DNA from: an uncultured Candidatus Saccharibacteria bacterium
GTDB taxonomy: Bacteria > Patescibacteriota > WWE3 > UBA101185 > UBA10185
Direction of reading: 5' to 3'
Length of the DNA stretch: 64,000 bases
NCBI GenBank assembly: GCA_964385105.1
Contig: CAYLMU010000001.1
Coordinates: 194,252 to 258,251, forward strand
In this document: one piece after another, positions 1 through 10,479 of the stretch
Numbering within the stretch: the first letter of the stretch is position 1
Layout: each line of letters starts with the position of its first letter
Notes under the pieces: model-generated
The model's database searches: none
The model's input: only the letters and a program-made list of their open reading frames with translations
Told to the model about the DNA's origin: nothing
Made by a program: the position numbers and the translations under genes

Positions 1-410
1 GCCGATATGTGATCAATGCTTTTTCTGCGTTTTTGTGGAACACCTAGTTCTATAGCACCTTCGAGCGCTTCGGTACTTGTTAAATATTCATTTACGAATT
101 TTACGGGCTTATTGATTCTGTATTTAAGTTTTTTTGTGAAATGTCTAACTTTTTGTGATTCCTGGGTTTCTTTTCGGTCAGCCGTAAGAGGTAACCCCAT
201 AATTATGGTATCCACATGATTTTCATGGGCTACCTTTGAGATTTCCTGAATTGCATCATCCGTTGGTTTTGCATTAATTACTTTAATCGGTGATGAAAAC
301 CCTGCCCTGCCTAATGCAAGACCTATATTACTTTCACCATAGTCTATTCCCAAAACAAATTCATCATATGGTGATTTCTTTTTTGTTTTATGTTCTTTTG
401 ATTTCGACAT
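1..410 (-). CDS. ruvX: RuvX/YqgF family RNase H-fold nuclease, 3' end outside the window
   Basis: Not in the ORF track; manual translation from ATG at 410 gives MSKSKEHK...VLGIDYGESNIGLA...IIMGLPL...FVNEYLTS...IDHISA, the YqgF motifs; overlaps the upstream gene by 23 nt. Confidence 0.9.
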   Translation of the reverse strand, partial: MSKSKEHKTKKKSPYDEFVLGIDYGESNIGLALGRAGFSSPIKVINAKPTDDAIQEISKVAHENHVDTIIMGLPLTADRKETQESQKVRHFTKKLKYRINKPVKFVNEYLTSTEALEGAIELGVPQKRRKSIDHIS

Positions 411-1923
411 TAATGTTTTCCAATTTGCCCGGAAACTTTTTTAAGAAAGGCAAATTAGGTGTCATATTGAGTGAATAATTATTTATATTTTGAATACGGT
501 CTAAGATTGCCTGGCCGTCTTTTAAACTTTTTCCGGCGAGTGAACTTTTTACATCGTCTTCTTTTATATCTGTGATAACATAAGTTTTAACAGTTACCTG
601 TAAGTCCGCTTTGGTAGTTGATAAAACAGTACTGTCAGTATTACCCAATACTTCAGCATTTATATCCATGTCCTGTGATGAGAGTATGTATCCTTCAGGT
701 ATAAACTCATCCAGCAATTCATTGATTAAGTCGTCCAGGTCTTTAGAAGAGTACGTAAGCCCGGTGATCAACACCTCACGCGTTAATTCAAGCTCATCTG
801 CCTCCTCATCAACTTCCGCACTTAATATTTCATTTTTAACAGAACTCTGCCCGGACCCTTGAATTAAGGATCTACCCGACAAAACTGCACTTTTTAATCT
901 TTCATCCGAAATTTCCGTTATTTTTTGGGTAACTTCTTCTTTTGCCAATAATATATCTTCTTCAGTAACCACTTTTACTGTTTCACTTTTTCCGCCCGAA
1001 AGATTACCATTTGTTTCTGCCGAAACATCACTTTTGCTATAGTTATCAACCGCAAGATCCTCGTCGTCTTTAATGTTGTATTCTTCACCGATTTCTCGGG
1101 CAACAATATTTGCATCCGCAGACCCCGGAGTTATTACTTTTGTCACCGGGTCTTCAGTTCTGGCTTCTACTTCAATGTCCTGGTCAAGCACATATTCCAG
1201 GTCGTCTTTGTCGGCTGTTAAAACTGTACCTTTTTTTAAATTTTTATCACTTGTAGTTTTGTTGTAAATGGTAACTTTACCCGAAGCAGTCTCACCAATA
1301 ATTTTTTCTCCTGTGGTTGGTACTGTTACTTTTTCGCTTATTAATGTTTCAACTTGATGCCCTTTTAATGATTTTTGTTGAGCACTATTTGTACCGGTAC
1401 TGTCAGCTGTAATTTGAATACTTTTTGTTAATGGCTGGGATTTAACATCAATTACAACTTCTGCTTTATGCATTCTTGATAATGCCATATATCCCCCGAG
1501 TCCTAAAAGTACTAATAGCAATAGTGTAACTAATACAATCTTTGGAGGCCCCCCTTCAGCTTTTGGAAGTTTTATGGGCGGTAGCTTTATACCTGCTAAC
1601 GAAGGTAAAGCAATAGGAAACTTCTTTTTGTGTTTTGGCTTTATTTCTGTTTCATCAGGATTTACTTCTCTTGACTTGAAGTCTGCAATTTCCTCATCCC
1701 GGCTTAATTTTATAAGTCTTTGCCCGTTTAAGTCTTTTGTATCGATATTTAAAGATTTACCAAGTCTTTCGGCTTCCTTTTCAAGAAGTTTAATATTTAT
1801 GATATTTTCAAAAAGTAGTGCGCCTTCAGGTACAAATAAAACAATACCGAGATCATTAGTATTTCTGATTTTTGAAATTATATCCATAACATCATCATGT
1901 AGTTCTATGTTTATACTTGTCAT
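388..1923 (-). CDS. Bitopic membrane protein with baseplate J/gp47-like extracytoplasmic domain (CPR type)
   Basis: N-terminal cytoplasmic domain, one TM (IVLVTLLLLVLLGLGGYMAL), then ASGKVTIYN...KGT...GEEYNI...GG motifs recalled from Baseplate_J-like proteins; ATGA overlap with the FtsA-like gene. Confidence 0.65.
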   Translation of the reverse strand: MTSINIELHDDVMDIISKIRNTNDLGIVLFVPEGALLFENIINIKLLEKEAERLGKSLNIDTKDLNGQRLIKLSRDEEIADFKSREVNPDETEIKPKHKKKFPIALPSLAGIKLPPIKLPKAEGGPPKIVLVTLLLLVLLGLGGYMALSRMHKAEVVIDVKSQPLTKSIQITADSTGTNSAQQKSLKGHQVETLISEKVTVPTTGEKIIGETASGKVTIYNKTTSDKNLKKGTVLTADKDDLEYVLDQDIEVEARTEDPVTKVITPGSADANIVAREIGEEYNIKDDEDLAVDNYSKSDVSAETNGNLSGGKSETVKVVTEEDILLAKEEVTQKITEISDERLKSAVLSGRSLIQGSGQSSVKNEILSAEVDEEADELELTREVLITGLTYSSKDLDDLINELLDEFIPEGYILSSQDMDINAEVLGNTDSTVLSTTKADLQVTVKTYVITDIKEDDVKSSLAGKSLKDGQAILDRIQNINNYSLNMTPNLPFLKKFPGKLENINVEIKRT

Positions 1924-3128
1924 TTTTGTTTGAGCATTTCTAAATAAATTACACTTAACGTAGCCGGAACAACAAATTCTGAATGTTCCAGAATTCCGGT
2001 AATATCTTTAATAAAATCTAAATTTTGTGCGTTTATCTTATTAAACTCCGGAGGTTTCTTAAATGGAATAGATTTTGTCCAGGGTTTTGTTTCAAGCGCA
2101 TCATTTAATACCGGAACTTTGCTCCCTCCGCCAGTTAAATAAATATCCGAAGCAAAAGTTTTAACACCCTCAAATTCACCAAAAACGATTTCAAGTCCTT
2201 CTAGCCATGTATTTGCAACATCAGTCAAAGAACTTTCAATCTTAATTATATCGCTATCTTGCAGATTCCCTACCAGATATTCATATTTAAGCTTTTCTGC
2301 CTCAGCTAGCGTTAAATTAAAATCTCTGCTTAATTTTTTCGTAAAATGAGAGCCTCCTATACTGAGGCTTTTTGATGCTACAAGCCCTCCTCCAAACACA
2401 ATACCTACTTGAGTTGAGCTGCTACCTACGTCAATAATTATTCCGTCTACTACTTTGTTTTTACGTTTTATTACTTCGGTTATTGAATATAAGTTTGAAG
2501 TTATGGCTAAAATGTCCATCTTCATTAATGATGCCAGTTCTTGCAAATGATTAAGGTGATATTCAGGTGAAAAGGCTGTATATGTTGCTGTTTCTATTTT
2601 AGTACCTGATTCCCCTTCCAGCTTATGTATATAATCATTGTCAAGTTTTGTATAAACATTTGCTTTTGTAATTAATGCAAGTTCTGTTTCAATGTCGCCT
2701 TTGTTTTTTAATAAAAGGTCGTGTGCTTCCGAATAGGCCGAATCTATAGTTTTATCATTAACTTCGTCGATTTCTTTTTGTAATATTGGTTCAGGCTTGG
2801 GGCGGGTTACTCTTACTGTAGTTACAAGTGAAATACAAAGATCACCGCTTACGCCAAAAATTATGTGGTCAGGTTGAATATCAAGCCCTTCCCCTGCTCT
2901 ATATAAAGCTTCATCTAGCGCAACTGCAGTCTTATCTAAATCAACTATATTTCCTGATCTAACCACTCCCTGCTCCAAACTTTGCTTATTTGCCCCCTTT
3001 AACTCAAGTGTTTTGTTTTGATCATCATATTGAAAAATTAGACATTTTACTGCATTTGTTCCAATATCAGCAACTGCAAATGTGGTAGGAAACTCTCGTT
3101 TTTTAAGCTTTAAAGGCAGTTTAAACAT
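1920..3128 (-). CDS. FtsA/PilM-like actin-fold ATPase
   Basis: DIGTNAVK, IIDVGSSST, GGSHFT and LTGGGS actin-superfamily motifs; no ftsZ nearby. Confidence 0.8.
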   Translation of the reverse strand: MFKLPLKLKKREFPTTFAVADIGTNAVKCLIFQYDDQNKTLELKGANKQSLEQGVVRSGNIVDLDKTAVALDEALYRAGEGLDIQPDHIIFGVSGDLCISLVTTVRVTRPKPEPILQKEIDEVNDKTIDSAYSEAHDLLLKNKGDIETELALITKANVYTKLDNDYIHKLEGESGTKIETATYTAFSPEYHLNHLQELASLMKMDILAITSNLYSITEVIKRKNKVVDGIIIDVGSSSTQVGIVFGGGLVASKSLSIGGSHFTKKLSRDFNLTLAEAEKLKYEYLVGNLQDSDIIKIESSLTDVANTWLEGLEIVFGEFEGVKTFASDIYLTGGGSKVPVLNDALETKPWTKSIPFKKPPEFNKINAQNLDFIKDITGILEHSEFVVPATLSVIYLEMLKQK

Positions 3129-3148
3129 TATTATGATTATACCCTAAT

Positions 3149-5572
3149 TTAAAAAGGTATTAGTTTCCTTGGATCAACTTGACTTGGCATTGGCTCAGGT
3201 TCAGGTTCAGGGTTGTAACCCGCGCGTTCATTAATAAACTCTTCAACTTCGGCTACCGGTGTACCGTACCGCTCTCTAGAATCTTTGCGAATTCTCTCGG
3301 CAATCTCATCACTTTTTACAGTTTGATTTACAACATCCCAGTCAACCATAGCCGAAAAGGGAACAGTAGGGTGGCCTTTAACCAGCAATCTAATATAGTA
3401 ATTTCCTACCGGAAGGTTAATAAGGTCACTTTGTGTAAAAATTGGTTCAAATTGTTGTTCAAGGTATTCAGCATCATCAACACCAACTCTAAATGATACT
3501 GTTGTACCCACATTACCAAACACAGCTTCTTTTATTTCCTCCTGTAGTTGGGCTACAAACTGGTGTGCCACCGTTAGATTTAGTTTATATTTTCTTGCCT
3601 CGGATAATATTGTTGCAAAGTCATCTGTGGCAAAATTTTGAAACTCATCAACATATAGGTAAAAGTTAGGAAACTCTTCTTTTCCAAGCAATGAGGCACG
3701 AGCTAAAGCTGCAGATAGAATTCTAGGTACAATCAGTAATCCCAAAAAGTTTGAGTTTTCTTCACCGATTTTACCTTTTGATAAATCAACGAGTAATATT
3801 TTTTTATCACGCATCACCTGGTGTAAATTAAACGACGATTTCTTCTGACCAATAATATTACGCATTGTTCTTTCAGTAACCAGTCTGTCAAATTTAGACA
3901 CAAAATACCCCATCATTTCACCTTTTCTATTCGCTGTGGTCTTAGCCATTTCATCAGTCCAGTAGCGTTTTACAAGAGGGTCTGTGATTTTTGGTAAAAA
4001 TTGCTTAACGTACTCTTCATCAATCAGTAGCCTTAAAACATCCACCATGGTTGCATCCGGGTCAGACATTGCAGTTAACATAACATTTCTAATTGACCTC
4101 TCAAGTTGTGGACCCATAATACCTTGGCGATTCGGGTCATAAAGTTTATATAGCAATCCTATAAAAGAGTTAATAAGCATGTGTTTTTCTTCTTCTGTGT
4201 GAGCTTCAAGCATGTTTAACCCTACCGGATTCTCGGTGTCTGATACATCAAATAAAATAACATCATCTACTCTATGCTCAGGTATTTTTTTAAGTATGTC
4301 GTCAATATCACTTCCGTGAGGGTCGATAAATGCCAACCCTTCGCCGTTATAAATATCCTGAATTGCCAAGGTTTTCATAAATTCAGATTTACCTGTACCC
4401 GTTTGCCCGATAATATACATGTGCCTGGTTCTATCATCGGCATTCATAAATAACTTTTTCTCGGTATTTCTATAAACGTTTTTACCCAAATATAAGCCTT
4501 CTTCCGGAGTATTTGAAGGTGCAGGGGCTTTTCTGGCGGTTAACCACAAAATGTTTGGAGTTTGAATTTCTTTGCTTGGGAAGTGAAATATAGTGGCCAT
4601 TTCTTCAATGTTGAGAACCGTAATATTGCTGTATAGAACAATATCAAATATAGGAATCTGAAACGTTCGCGGTACCATTTTTCTATAAATAAAATTGCTG
4701 ATAAGTTTTTTTGTAAAAATGATTTTTCTGCGTCTAAAGTTACTATATTTTACATTTGTAAATTGTTCAAATGAGGTGGCTACATTATCAATATGATTTC
4801 GAGCCGAAATTTTGTCATCTGAAATTGCAACTATTCTGATTTTAAGTTCAAAGCCAGGTTTAGATGTTTTTTCTTCAACTCCTTCTAAAAATGCGGTATC
4901 AACCCTGATGTTTTTTTCAGGATTTGAGCTTTTATTATGAATGTGGCCTACAAATGCATTTCCTGCTCTTCTCCAACCACTGCCGGCCGGGGAAATTAAA
5001 TATTGTATTGCAACAACTTCTGTTTCTTTTAGTTTGCTTAATGACGATGTGACACTGCTTAATGGGTCTGTGGCTTCCATACTTTTGTATGTTTTAATAG
5101 GATAATATGGTGGTCCGCTTAGTTTTAGCTCAACAATCTCAGTAACTTTTCCTCGATCCCATATTTCGTTAGGGTCTATAACATCAATTTCTGCAGTAGG
5201 ATAAGCGCCATTTATTTGTTTCTCAACAAAATTAACCAGCTCATCAGGTACTACTACATAAAATCCAATACCTTCTTTTTTTGAAACTATTTCAAATGAA
5301 ATTCGCCGTTGTCCTTTAAATAGAGACTGAAAAAAACTTCTTCTAAAACCCATGAGACTGGCAAATAAATGTTCTGCTGCCTCTATTTCATATTCGTTTT
5401 GCGGGGGAAGTTTTATATGTAAAAAAGTCAGTTTATACTGGTGTGACTTAATATAGCTGTTTCTTCTCCAATATATAATTGAGTATATAAGCCATGAAAA
5501 AAAGCCAATTAAAAAGACAATATAAAACAAGAGCCAAAAAATGTTGTATAACAGCTGGCTAAAGTTCTCCAT
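3149..5572 (-). CDS. Membrane-anchored VirD4/TraD/HerA-like P-loop ATPase (type IV secretion coupling-protein-like)
   Basis: N-terminal TM; HMYIIGQTGTGKS (Walker A), IDPHG, LYVDEFQNF (Walker B), EARKY, AHQ, GNVGT. Confidence 0.85.
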   Translation of the reverse strand: MENFSQLLYNIFWLLFYIVFLIGFFSWLIYSIIYWRRNSYIKSHQYKLTFLHIKLPPQNEYEIEAAEHLFASLMGFRRSFFQSLFKGQRRISFEIVSKKEGIGFYVVVPDELVNFVEKQINGAYPTAEIDVIDPNEIWDRGKVTEIVELKLSGPPYYPIKTYKSMEATDPLSSVTSSLSKLKETEVVAIQYLISPAGSGWRRAGNAFVGHIHNKSSNPEKNIRVDTAFLEGVEEKTSKPGFELKIRIVAISDDKISARNHIDNVATSFEQFTNVKYSNFRRRKIIFTKKLISNFIYRKMVPRTFQIPIFDIVLYSNITVLNIEEMATIFHFPSKEIQTPNILWLTARKAPAPSNTPEEGLYLGKNVYRNTEKKLFMNADDRTRHMYIIGQTGTGKSEFMKTLAIQDIYNGEGLAFIDPHGSDIDDILKKIPEHRVDDVILFDVSDTENPVGLNMLEAHTEEEKHMLINSFIGLLYKLYDPNRQGIMGPQLERSIRNVMLTAMSDPDATMVDVLRLLIDEEYVKQFLPKITDPLVKRYWTDEMAKTTANRKGEMMGYFVSKFDRLVTERTMRNIIGQKKSSFNLHQVMRDKKILLVDLSKGKIGEENSNFLGLLIVPRILSAALARASLLGKEEFPNFYLYVDEFQNFATDDFATILSEARKYKLNLTVAHQFVAQLQEEIKEAVFGNVGTTVSFRVGVDDAEYLEQQFEPIFTQSDLINLPVGNYYIRLLVKGHPTVPFSAMVDWDVVNQTVKSDEIAERIRKDSRERYGTPVAEVEEFINERAGYNPEPEPEPMPSQVDPRKLIPF

Positions 5573-5909
5573 GTTCCTCCACTATACTTTGAATAAACTC
5601 TGATTCTTCTTTGTCTGCTTCTTTGGTTGGCCCATCGGCTTCAGGTGAGACGTTTTGGAGAGTTGCAGCTGCTTCTTCGGGGGTGTCAGACCTTAAATCT
5701 ACAACATTTGCACCGGGAATATTTGCATTGTCATCTGTATCATCAGGGTCAATACTTGCTGATAAATCCTGAACTGTTTCAATTTCAAGATTCATAATTG
5801 GAGTTTCTGCAATATTTGGTTGTTCTGAATTGTTTTCAGTATTTTTTGCAGGATTCTCGGGCATAATTGATTTTATTAAGCCAGGATTTTTTTGAGCAGG
5901 TGCATCCAT
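5559..5909 (-). CDS. Small acidic, probably disordered hypothetical protein
   Basis: 116-aa ORF filling the gap and overlapping the next gene; TAAAAT lies 6 nt before the ATG. Confidence 0.6.
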   Translation of the reverse strand: MDAPAQKNPGLIKSIMPENPAKNTENNSEQPNIAETPIMNLEIETVQDLSASIDPDDTDDNANIPGANVVDLRSDTPEEAAATLQNVSPEADGPTKEADKEESEFIQSIVEEHGEL

Positions 5910-5942
5910 ATGTCAATTTTATCATTATTTTTTGGAATTGTT

Positions 5943-6395
5943 CTATTGCTTAAATGTACCTTTAAAAAAGTTTTTTTCTTTTGTATTTGGCATATCAAAC
6001 AAATTGGTAATTTGTTCTCTTACATTTCTACTTTTTTTCTTTTCGGTATTATCTACAACTTCTACTTCTTCTTCTATTTCAATTTCAAGTTCAACATCAG
6101 TGTATTCAGACTCAGATGAAACCGGGGTAGGATTTACTTTTTCAATTGTGCTTGTTTTGCTTGTTATTTCTTTTAAAGATTTAACCGCGTTTATTGTTGA
6201 TTCGGCAATATTTATTAAGGTTGGGGTGGGATGAGCAAGTTTTGCTGTTAATCCTTGTGCGTCATCAAGTATATTATTTGCTCTTTTAACAGTATCTTTT
6301 ATATCTTTTAAAACATTTATTACATAAAAACAAACTGCAGCTATGCTTATGCTTAAAACTGTGAGAGTTAAAACTAATATTAATTGTACATCCAT
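5943..6395 (-). CDS. Single-TM coiled-coil protein (DUF948/YoxC-like)
   Basis: N-terminal TM followed by an amphipathic helix (LKDIKDTVKRANNILDD) and an acidic tail. Confidence 0.55.
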   Translation of the reverse strand: MDVQLILVLTLTVLSISIAAVCFYVINVLKDIKDTVKRANNILDDAQGLTAKLAHPTPTLINIAESTINAVKSLKEITSKTSTIEKVNPTPVSSESEYTDVELEIEIEEEVEVVDNTEKKKSRNVREQITNLFDMPNTKEKNFFKGTFKQ

Positions 6396-6477
6396 AAAGA
6401 GCAGTCTTTGAATTAAGTGACTTTTAACAGTATCACATTCCTAACTTTTTGCGTCAAGGATACTTTGTCATAAAAAA

Positions 6478-8730
6478 TTAATATTCTTCGTCAGTATGGT
6501 CAAAACTGCTGGAAGAGCTTGTGTTTAAAATTTCTCTTGGCTTACTTCCGTTAGCAGGACCAACTATTCCATGTGCTTCAAGTTCATCAAGAATTCTAGC
6601 TGCACGTGAATAACCTATTGAAAGTTTTCGTTGTAATAAAGATGCAGAGCCTTTACCTTCTGCCACAACTAATTCAACAGCTTCATCAAAAAGTTCGTCA
6701 ACACTTTCTCCCCCGGCTGCTACACTTTTACCAACCTCAGGCTCTTTAATTTCGGTAATATCATTTTTATAATCAGGTTTAACACCACGACTCTTCAAAT
6801 ACGAAACAAGATTATTAATTTCCTTGTCTGTAACCAAGGCACCTTGTATTCTGGTGGGTTTTGAATCGTCAGGAGGAACAAAAAGCATATCTCCCATACC
6901 AAGCAACTTTTCAGCACCCGGTTGGTCAATTATTACACGTGAATCTACCTGACTTGTGACACCAAAAGCAATTCTGCAAGGTATGTTTGCTTTAATTAAA
7001 CCGGTAACTACGTTTGTTGAAGGTCTTTGCAGCGCCAAAATTAAATGAATTCCGGTCGCTCTGGCCAACTGTGCCAACCTCACAATACTTTTTTCAACTG
7101 CTGCAGGGTCTGTTATCATAATTTCGGCCAGCTCATCAACTATTAGCACTATATAAGACATTGCCTGAAACCCAGATTTTTCGTTGTATGCCTCAATATT
7201 TCTAACTTTTGCCCCCTCCAGAAGTTTGTACCTCCGATCCATTTCTTGTACAAGCCATTTAAAAGCCGATGGTGCCTTATCAATATCCGTAATTACAGGT
7301 GACAGCAGATGCGGAATATCATTATAATGAACAAGTTCCACTCTTTTTGGGTCAATTAAAATAAATTTTACTTCTTGTGGAGTTGCCCTAAATAATATTG
7401 ATGCCATAATATTGTGAATAAATACCGATTTTCCTGAACCTGTTGACCCTGCTATGAGTAAATGGGGCATTTTAGAAATATTGTATACATGTGTTTCTCC
7501 TTTAACATCTTTGCCAAGCACAATTGAAATTCTGGACTTACTTTTTTTCATATTTTCAGATATGAGTAGTTCTTTAAAGCTAACCGGAACCCGGTTTGTG
7601 TTAGGCACTTCTATACCAATTGCCGATTCTCCGGGAATAGGGGCTTCAATTCTTACCGAGCCCGTTGGTGAAGCCAATTGCAAAGCCAGATCGTATTGCA
7701 GGTTTACAATTTTTGCTATTTTAGTACCTGATTCTGATTTAAGCACGTATTGTGTAACGGTTGGCCCATATCTTACGGTATCGATAGTTGTTTTTATACC
7801 AAATGATTCTAATGTTTCGACAATTAATTTTTTACGTCCTACTACATCGCCTCTGTCCGCCTTTAAATTCGACGGGTCGTTTAATAATTCAAGCGGAGGA
7901 AGTTCCCATACCGTATCGATATAGGGTAAGTGTGGTACAAGCGACCCTATACTTGTGACTGAGTCTCCGGCGTTTGAAGCATCCAAAGAGCTAAGCGGTT
8001 CTGTCATAGAAGGAATTATTTCTATTTTTGTTATTTCGGGTTCAGGTACTGATACCATTGCCGGAGCCGGTTCATGATGCATGTCATAATCATCAGCTTC
8101 CTGGTTTATACTACTGCTTACTTCTATGTTTGATTTGGAGTCTTCATCCGAACTGTCTTTTTGAGCGTCAGTTCGATCAAATGAATATCCCAATTTTTCT
8201 ATTGCTGCCTTTGCTAACTCTTTTAGTTCACCCGCTCCTTTGTCCAGTGTCCATATCACGCCAATTAATGTAAAAGCCATAAGTACTAGTCCAGCCTGCC
8301 ATGCATTCATTACACCCATTAGTGCTGATGTCAGCTTGTAGCCTACTATTCCTCCTCCACCACCATCACGTGCAATTTCATATGCATCAACTCTATCGGT
8401 AAAAAGATGCAAAAATCCTGCCAGAGTAAACAAAAGTACACTAAGACCGGCAACGATCCTCAATTCCAGAATTTTCCACTTAAACGTGTTTGTCAGAATT
8501 AATGCTGAGATTAGTAAAATAGGAATAAGTAAAAAAGATGCATACCCAAACCCTATTCTCAAAAGTGCCTGGATTTTTGCATTAAGCATTTCATCGCTTG
8601 CAACAAACGAAATCAGAATCATACATGAAATAAGTATGAATAATATTGAAATCGTTGAACGTACTGTTTCGGCACGTACATTGAATCTTGGTTTGAATTT
8701 TTTCTTTCTTCCTCTTTTTTTTCTTGCCAT
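6478..8730 (-). CDS. ftsK: DNA translocase FtsK/SpoIIIE
   Basis: Multi-TM N-terminus, RIEAPIPG, PHLLIAGSTGSGKS, IVDELAE, gamma domain SLLQRKLSIGYSRAARI. Confidence 0.97.
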   Translation of the reverse strand: MARKKRGRKKKFKPRFNVRAETVRSTISILFILISCMILISFVASDEMLNAKIQALLRIGFGYASFLLIPILLISALILTNTFKWKILELRIVAGLSVLLFTLAGFLHLFTDRVDAYEIARDGGGGGIVGYKLTSALMGVMNAWQAGLVLMAFTLIGVIWTLDKGAGELKELAKAAIEKLGYSFDRTDAQKDSSDEDSKSNIEVSSSINQEADDYDMHHEPAPAMVSVPEPEITKIEIIPSMTEPLSSLDASNAGDSVTSIGSLVPHLPYIDTVWELPPLELLNDPSNLKADRGDVVGRKKLIVETLESFGIKTTIDTVRYGPTVTQYVLKSESGTKIAKIVNLQYDLALQLASPTGSVRIEAPIPGESAIGIEVPNTNRVPVSFKELLISENMKKSKSRISIVLGKDVKGETHVYNISKMPHLLIAGSTGSGKSVFIHNIMASILFRATPQEVKFILIDPKRVELVHYNDIPHLLSPVITDIDKAPSAFKWLVQEMDRRYKLLEGAKVRNIEAYNEKSGFQAMSYIVLIVDELAEIMITDPAAVEKSIVRLAQLARATGIHLILALQRPSTNVVTGLIKANIPCRIAFGVTSQVDSRVIIDQPGAEKLLGMGDMLFVPPDDSKPTRIQGALVTDKEINNLVSYLKSRGVKPDYKNDITEIKEPEVGKSVAAGGESVDELFDEAVELVVAEGKGSASLLQRKLSIGYSRAARILDELEAHGIVGPANGSKPREILNTSSSSSFDHTDEEY

Positions 8731-8778
8731 AGGCAGGTTCTCTAAATCATGAGATGTGCATATAATACCAGAAATGCC

Positions 8779-10461
8779 CTACACGTTTATAGCGTGAACG
8801 ATTACCATAGGGCTTCTGCCGGTTTCTTTTAACAAAAAGCGCTCCACTTCTTTTTCTATTTTTGTTTGGAGTCCCTGCCAGTTTGTAACCTCTCCTGCTT
8901 GTTTATCCAGGACTTTATTTATCATATCTTTTGACCGTCCCATTAGTTCTTTTGACTCTTTAACATAAATAAAACCTCTTGTTATCACATCAACACTGCC
9001 CAAGATGGTTTTGGATTCTTTATCAATCGGAACGACAACCACAAACACACCTTCATCAGAAAGTATTTCCCTGTCTTTAATAACAACCGGCCCAATATTT
9101 CCAATTTCGCCGCCGTCAATGTAAACCGGTTTGGTTTGAATAGTAGGCCCCATTCCGGCGTTTCCGTTTTGGAAAATAACACTTTGGCCTTCTAAAAGTT
9201 CAAAAACCGATTCACGGTCATATCCTAAATCTACAACCATTTCTCTGTACGCTCTCATTTGTGTAACGCTTCCGCCAATTGGAATAAAGTACTTTGGATT
9301 AACAATTGAGGCCATCATTGTTAAATCCCCACGAGGGCCGTGGCCTGAAATGTGTAAATTTTCCTGGATTTTACTGTATATAACTTCTGCACCCCGTAGA
9401 GTGAGTTGATCCATTAATCTTTCAACCGGAATACGTGTTCCCGGAGGACTTGGGTCGGCAGAAAACACTACCATTGAGTTTTCTTCAAGATAAATCGTAT
9501 CGTGCTCACCTCTGGCAATTCTATCCAGAGTAGAACCTTGTTGGCCAAATGCTCCAGCAACAATGTAAACAAGTTCGCTTTGGTCATATCCTCCTGATTT
9601 TTTATGGTCAACAAACACATCGTTGTCAAAAGGCAAGAAACCTAGTTCTCTAGCAATTTCCACGCTTTTTTGAATAGATCTGCCTCCCAAAACTACTTTT
9701 CGTCCTTCTTTAACCGCAGCATCAATCATTTGGTACATTCTTGAAATATTTGAAGATATTGTTGTAAGCATAACTTGTCTTCCTTCGCCTTGTGCATACA
9801 AGTCATTGAATATGTGTTTCATAGTTTGTTCAGATTTTGAATATCCTTCAGTGTTAGCGCCTAAACAGTCTGACAATAAGCATAAAACTCCCTCGGCGCC
9901 ATATCCTGATATAGTCGCAATATCTATTGGTTTATCCAAAACAGGCGACCAATCTATTTTAAAGTCCGCTATATGAAGTATTCTTCCTTGCGGCGTGTTA
10001 ATTGAATATCCCATTGTAGTTGGAACAGAGTGGTTTACTCTAAACCCTGAAACCGTAAAACTACTGCCCAAGTTAAATTCTTTGCCATCATCTTCAATTA
10101 AATGAAAACTCGTATCTTTAAGCATTTGTTCCGACCCTTTGTCTACTAAACGCTCTTTAATAAATGCCTGAACAAGTTTGTTGGCATATATAGGTATATT
10201 TAAATCCCGCAACAAATAGGGAATTGCACCCAAATGGTCTTCATGGGCATGTGTGACTAAAAGTCCTCGAATTTTTTCTTTGTTTTGTAGCAAATAACTA
10301 AAATCGGGGATTATGACGTCGATTCCGGGCATTTGGTCATCAGGAAACCCGATTCCGCAATCAACAATCATAATATCATCGCCGCATTCATACACGGTCA
10401 TGTTTTTTGTAGCGCCTTCGCTACCGCTAAAATCTATTATTTTTACTGATCTATTATCCAT
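8779..10461 (-). CDS. rnj: Ribonuclease J
   Basis: THAHEDH metallo-beta-lactamase motif, NHSV, DFK, HISGH; ATG at 10461 follows GAGG (track start 10473). Confidence 0.95.
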   Translation of the reverse strand: MDNRSVKIIDFSGSEGATKNMTVYECGDDIMIVDCGIGFPDDQMPGIDVIIPDFSYLLQNKEKIRGLLVTHAHEDHLGAIPYLLRDLNIPIYANKLVQAFIKERLVDKGSEQMLKDTSFHLIEDDGKEFNLGSSFTVSGFRVNHSVPTTMGYSINTPQGRILHIADFKIDWSPVLDKPIDIATISGYGAEGVLCLLSDCLGANTEGYSKSEQTMKHIFNDLYAQGEGRQVMLTTISSNISRMYQMIDAAVKEGRKVVLGGRSIQKSVEIARELGFLPFDNDVFVDHKKSGGYDQSELVYIVAGAFGQQGSTLDRIARGEHDTIYLEENSMVVFSADPSPPGTRIPVERLMDQLTLRGAEVIYSKIQENLHISGHGPRGDLTMMASIVNPKYFIPIGGSVTQMRAYREMVVDLGYDRESVFELLEGQSVIFQNGNAGMGPTIQTKPVYIDGGEIGNIGPVVIKDREILSDEGVFVVVVPIDKESKTILGSVDVITRGFIYVKESKELMGRSKDMINKVLDKQAGEVTNWQGLQTKIEKEVERFLLKETGRSPMVIVHAINV

Positions 10462-10479
10462 ATTTTTCCTCAATTAAAT

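Noticed and set aside
388-1923. Prophage or contractile tail locus suggested by the baseplate-J-like domain
   Set aside because: No sheath, tube, terminase, capsid or integrase genes; the protein has a TM and sits among housekeeping genes
3149-5572. Conjugative element (ICE)
   Set aside because: No relaxase, VirB-like partners, integrase or att repeats in the window
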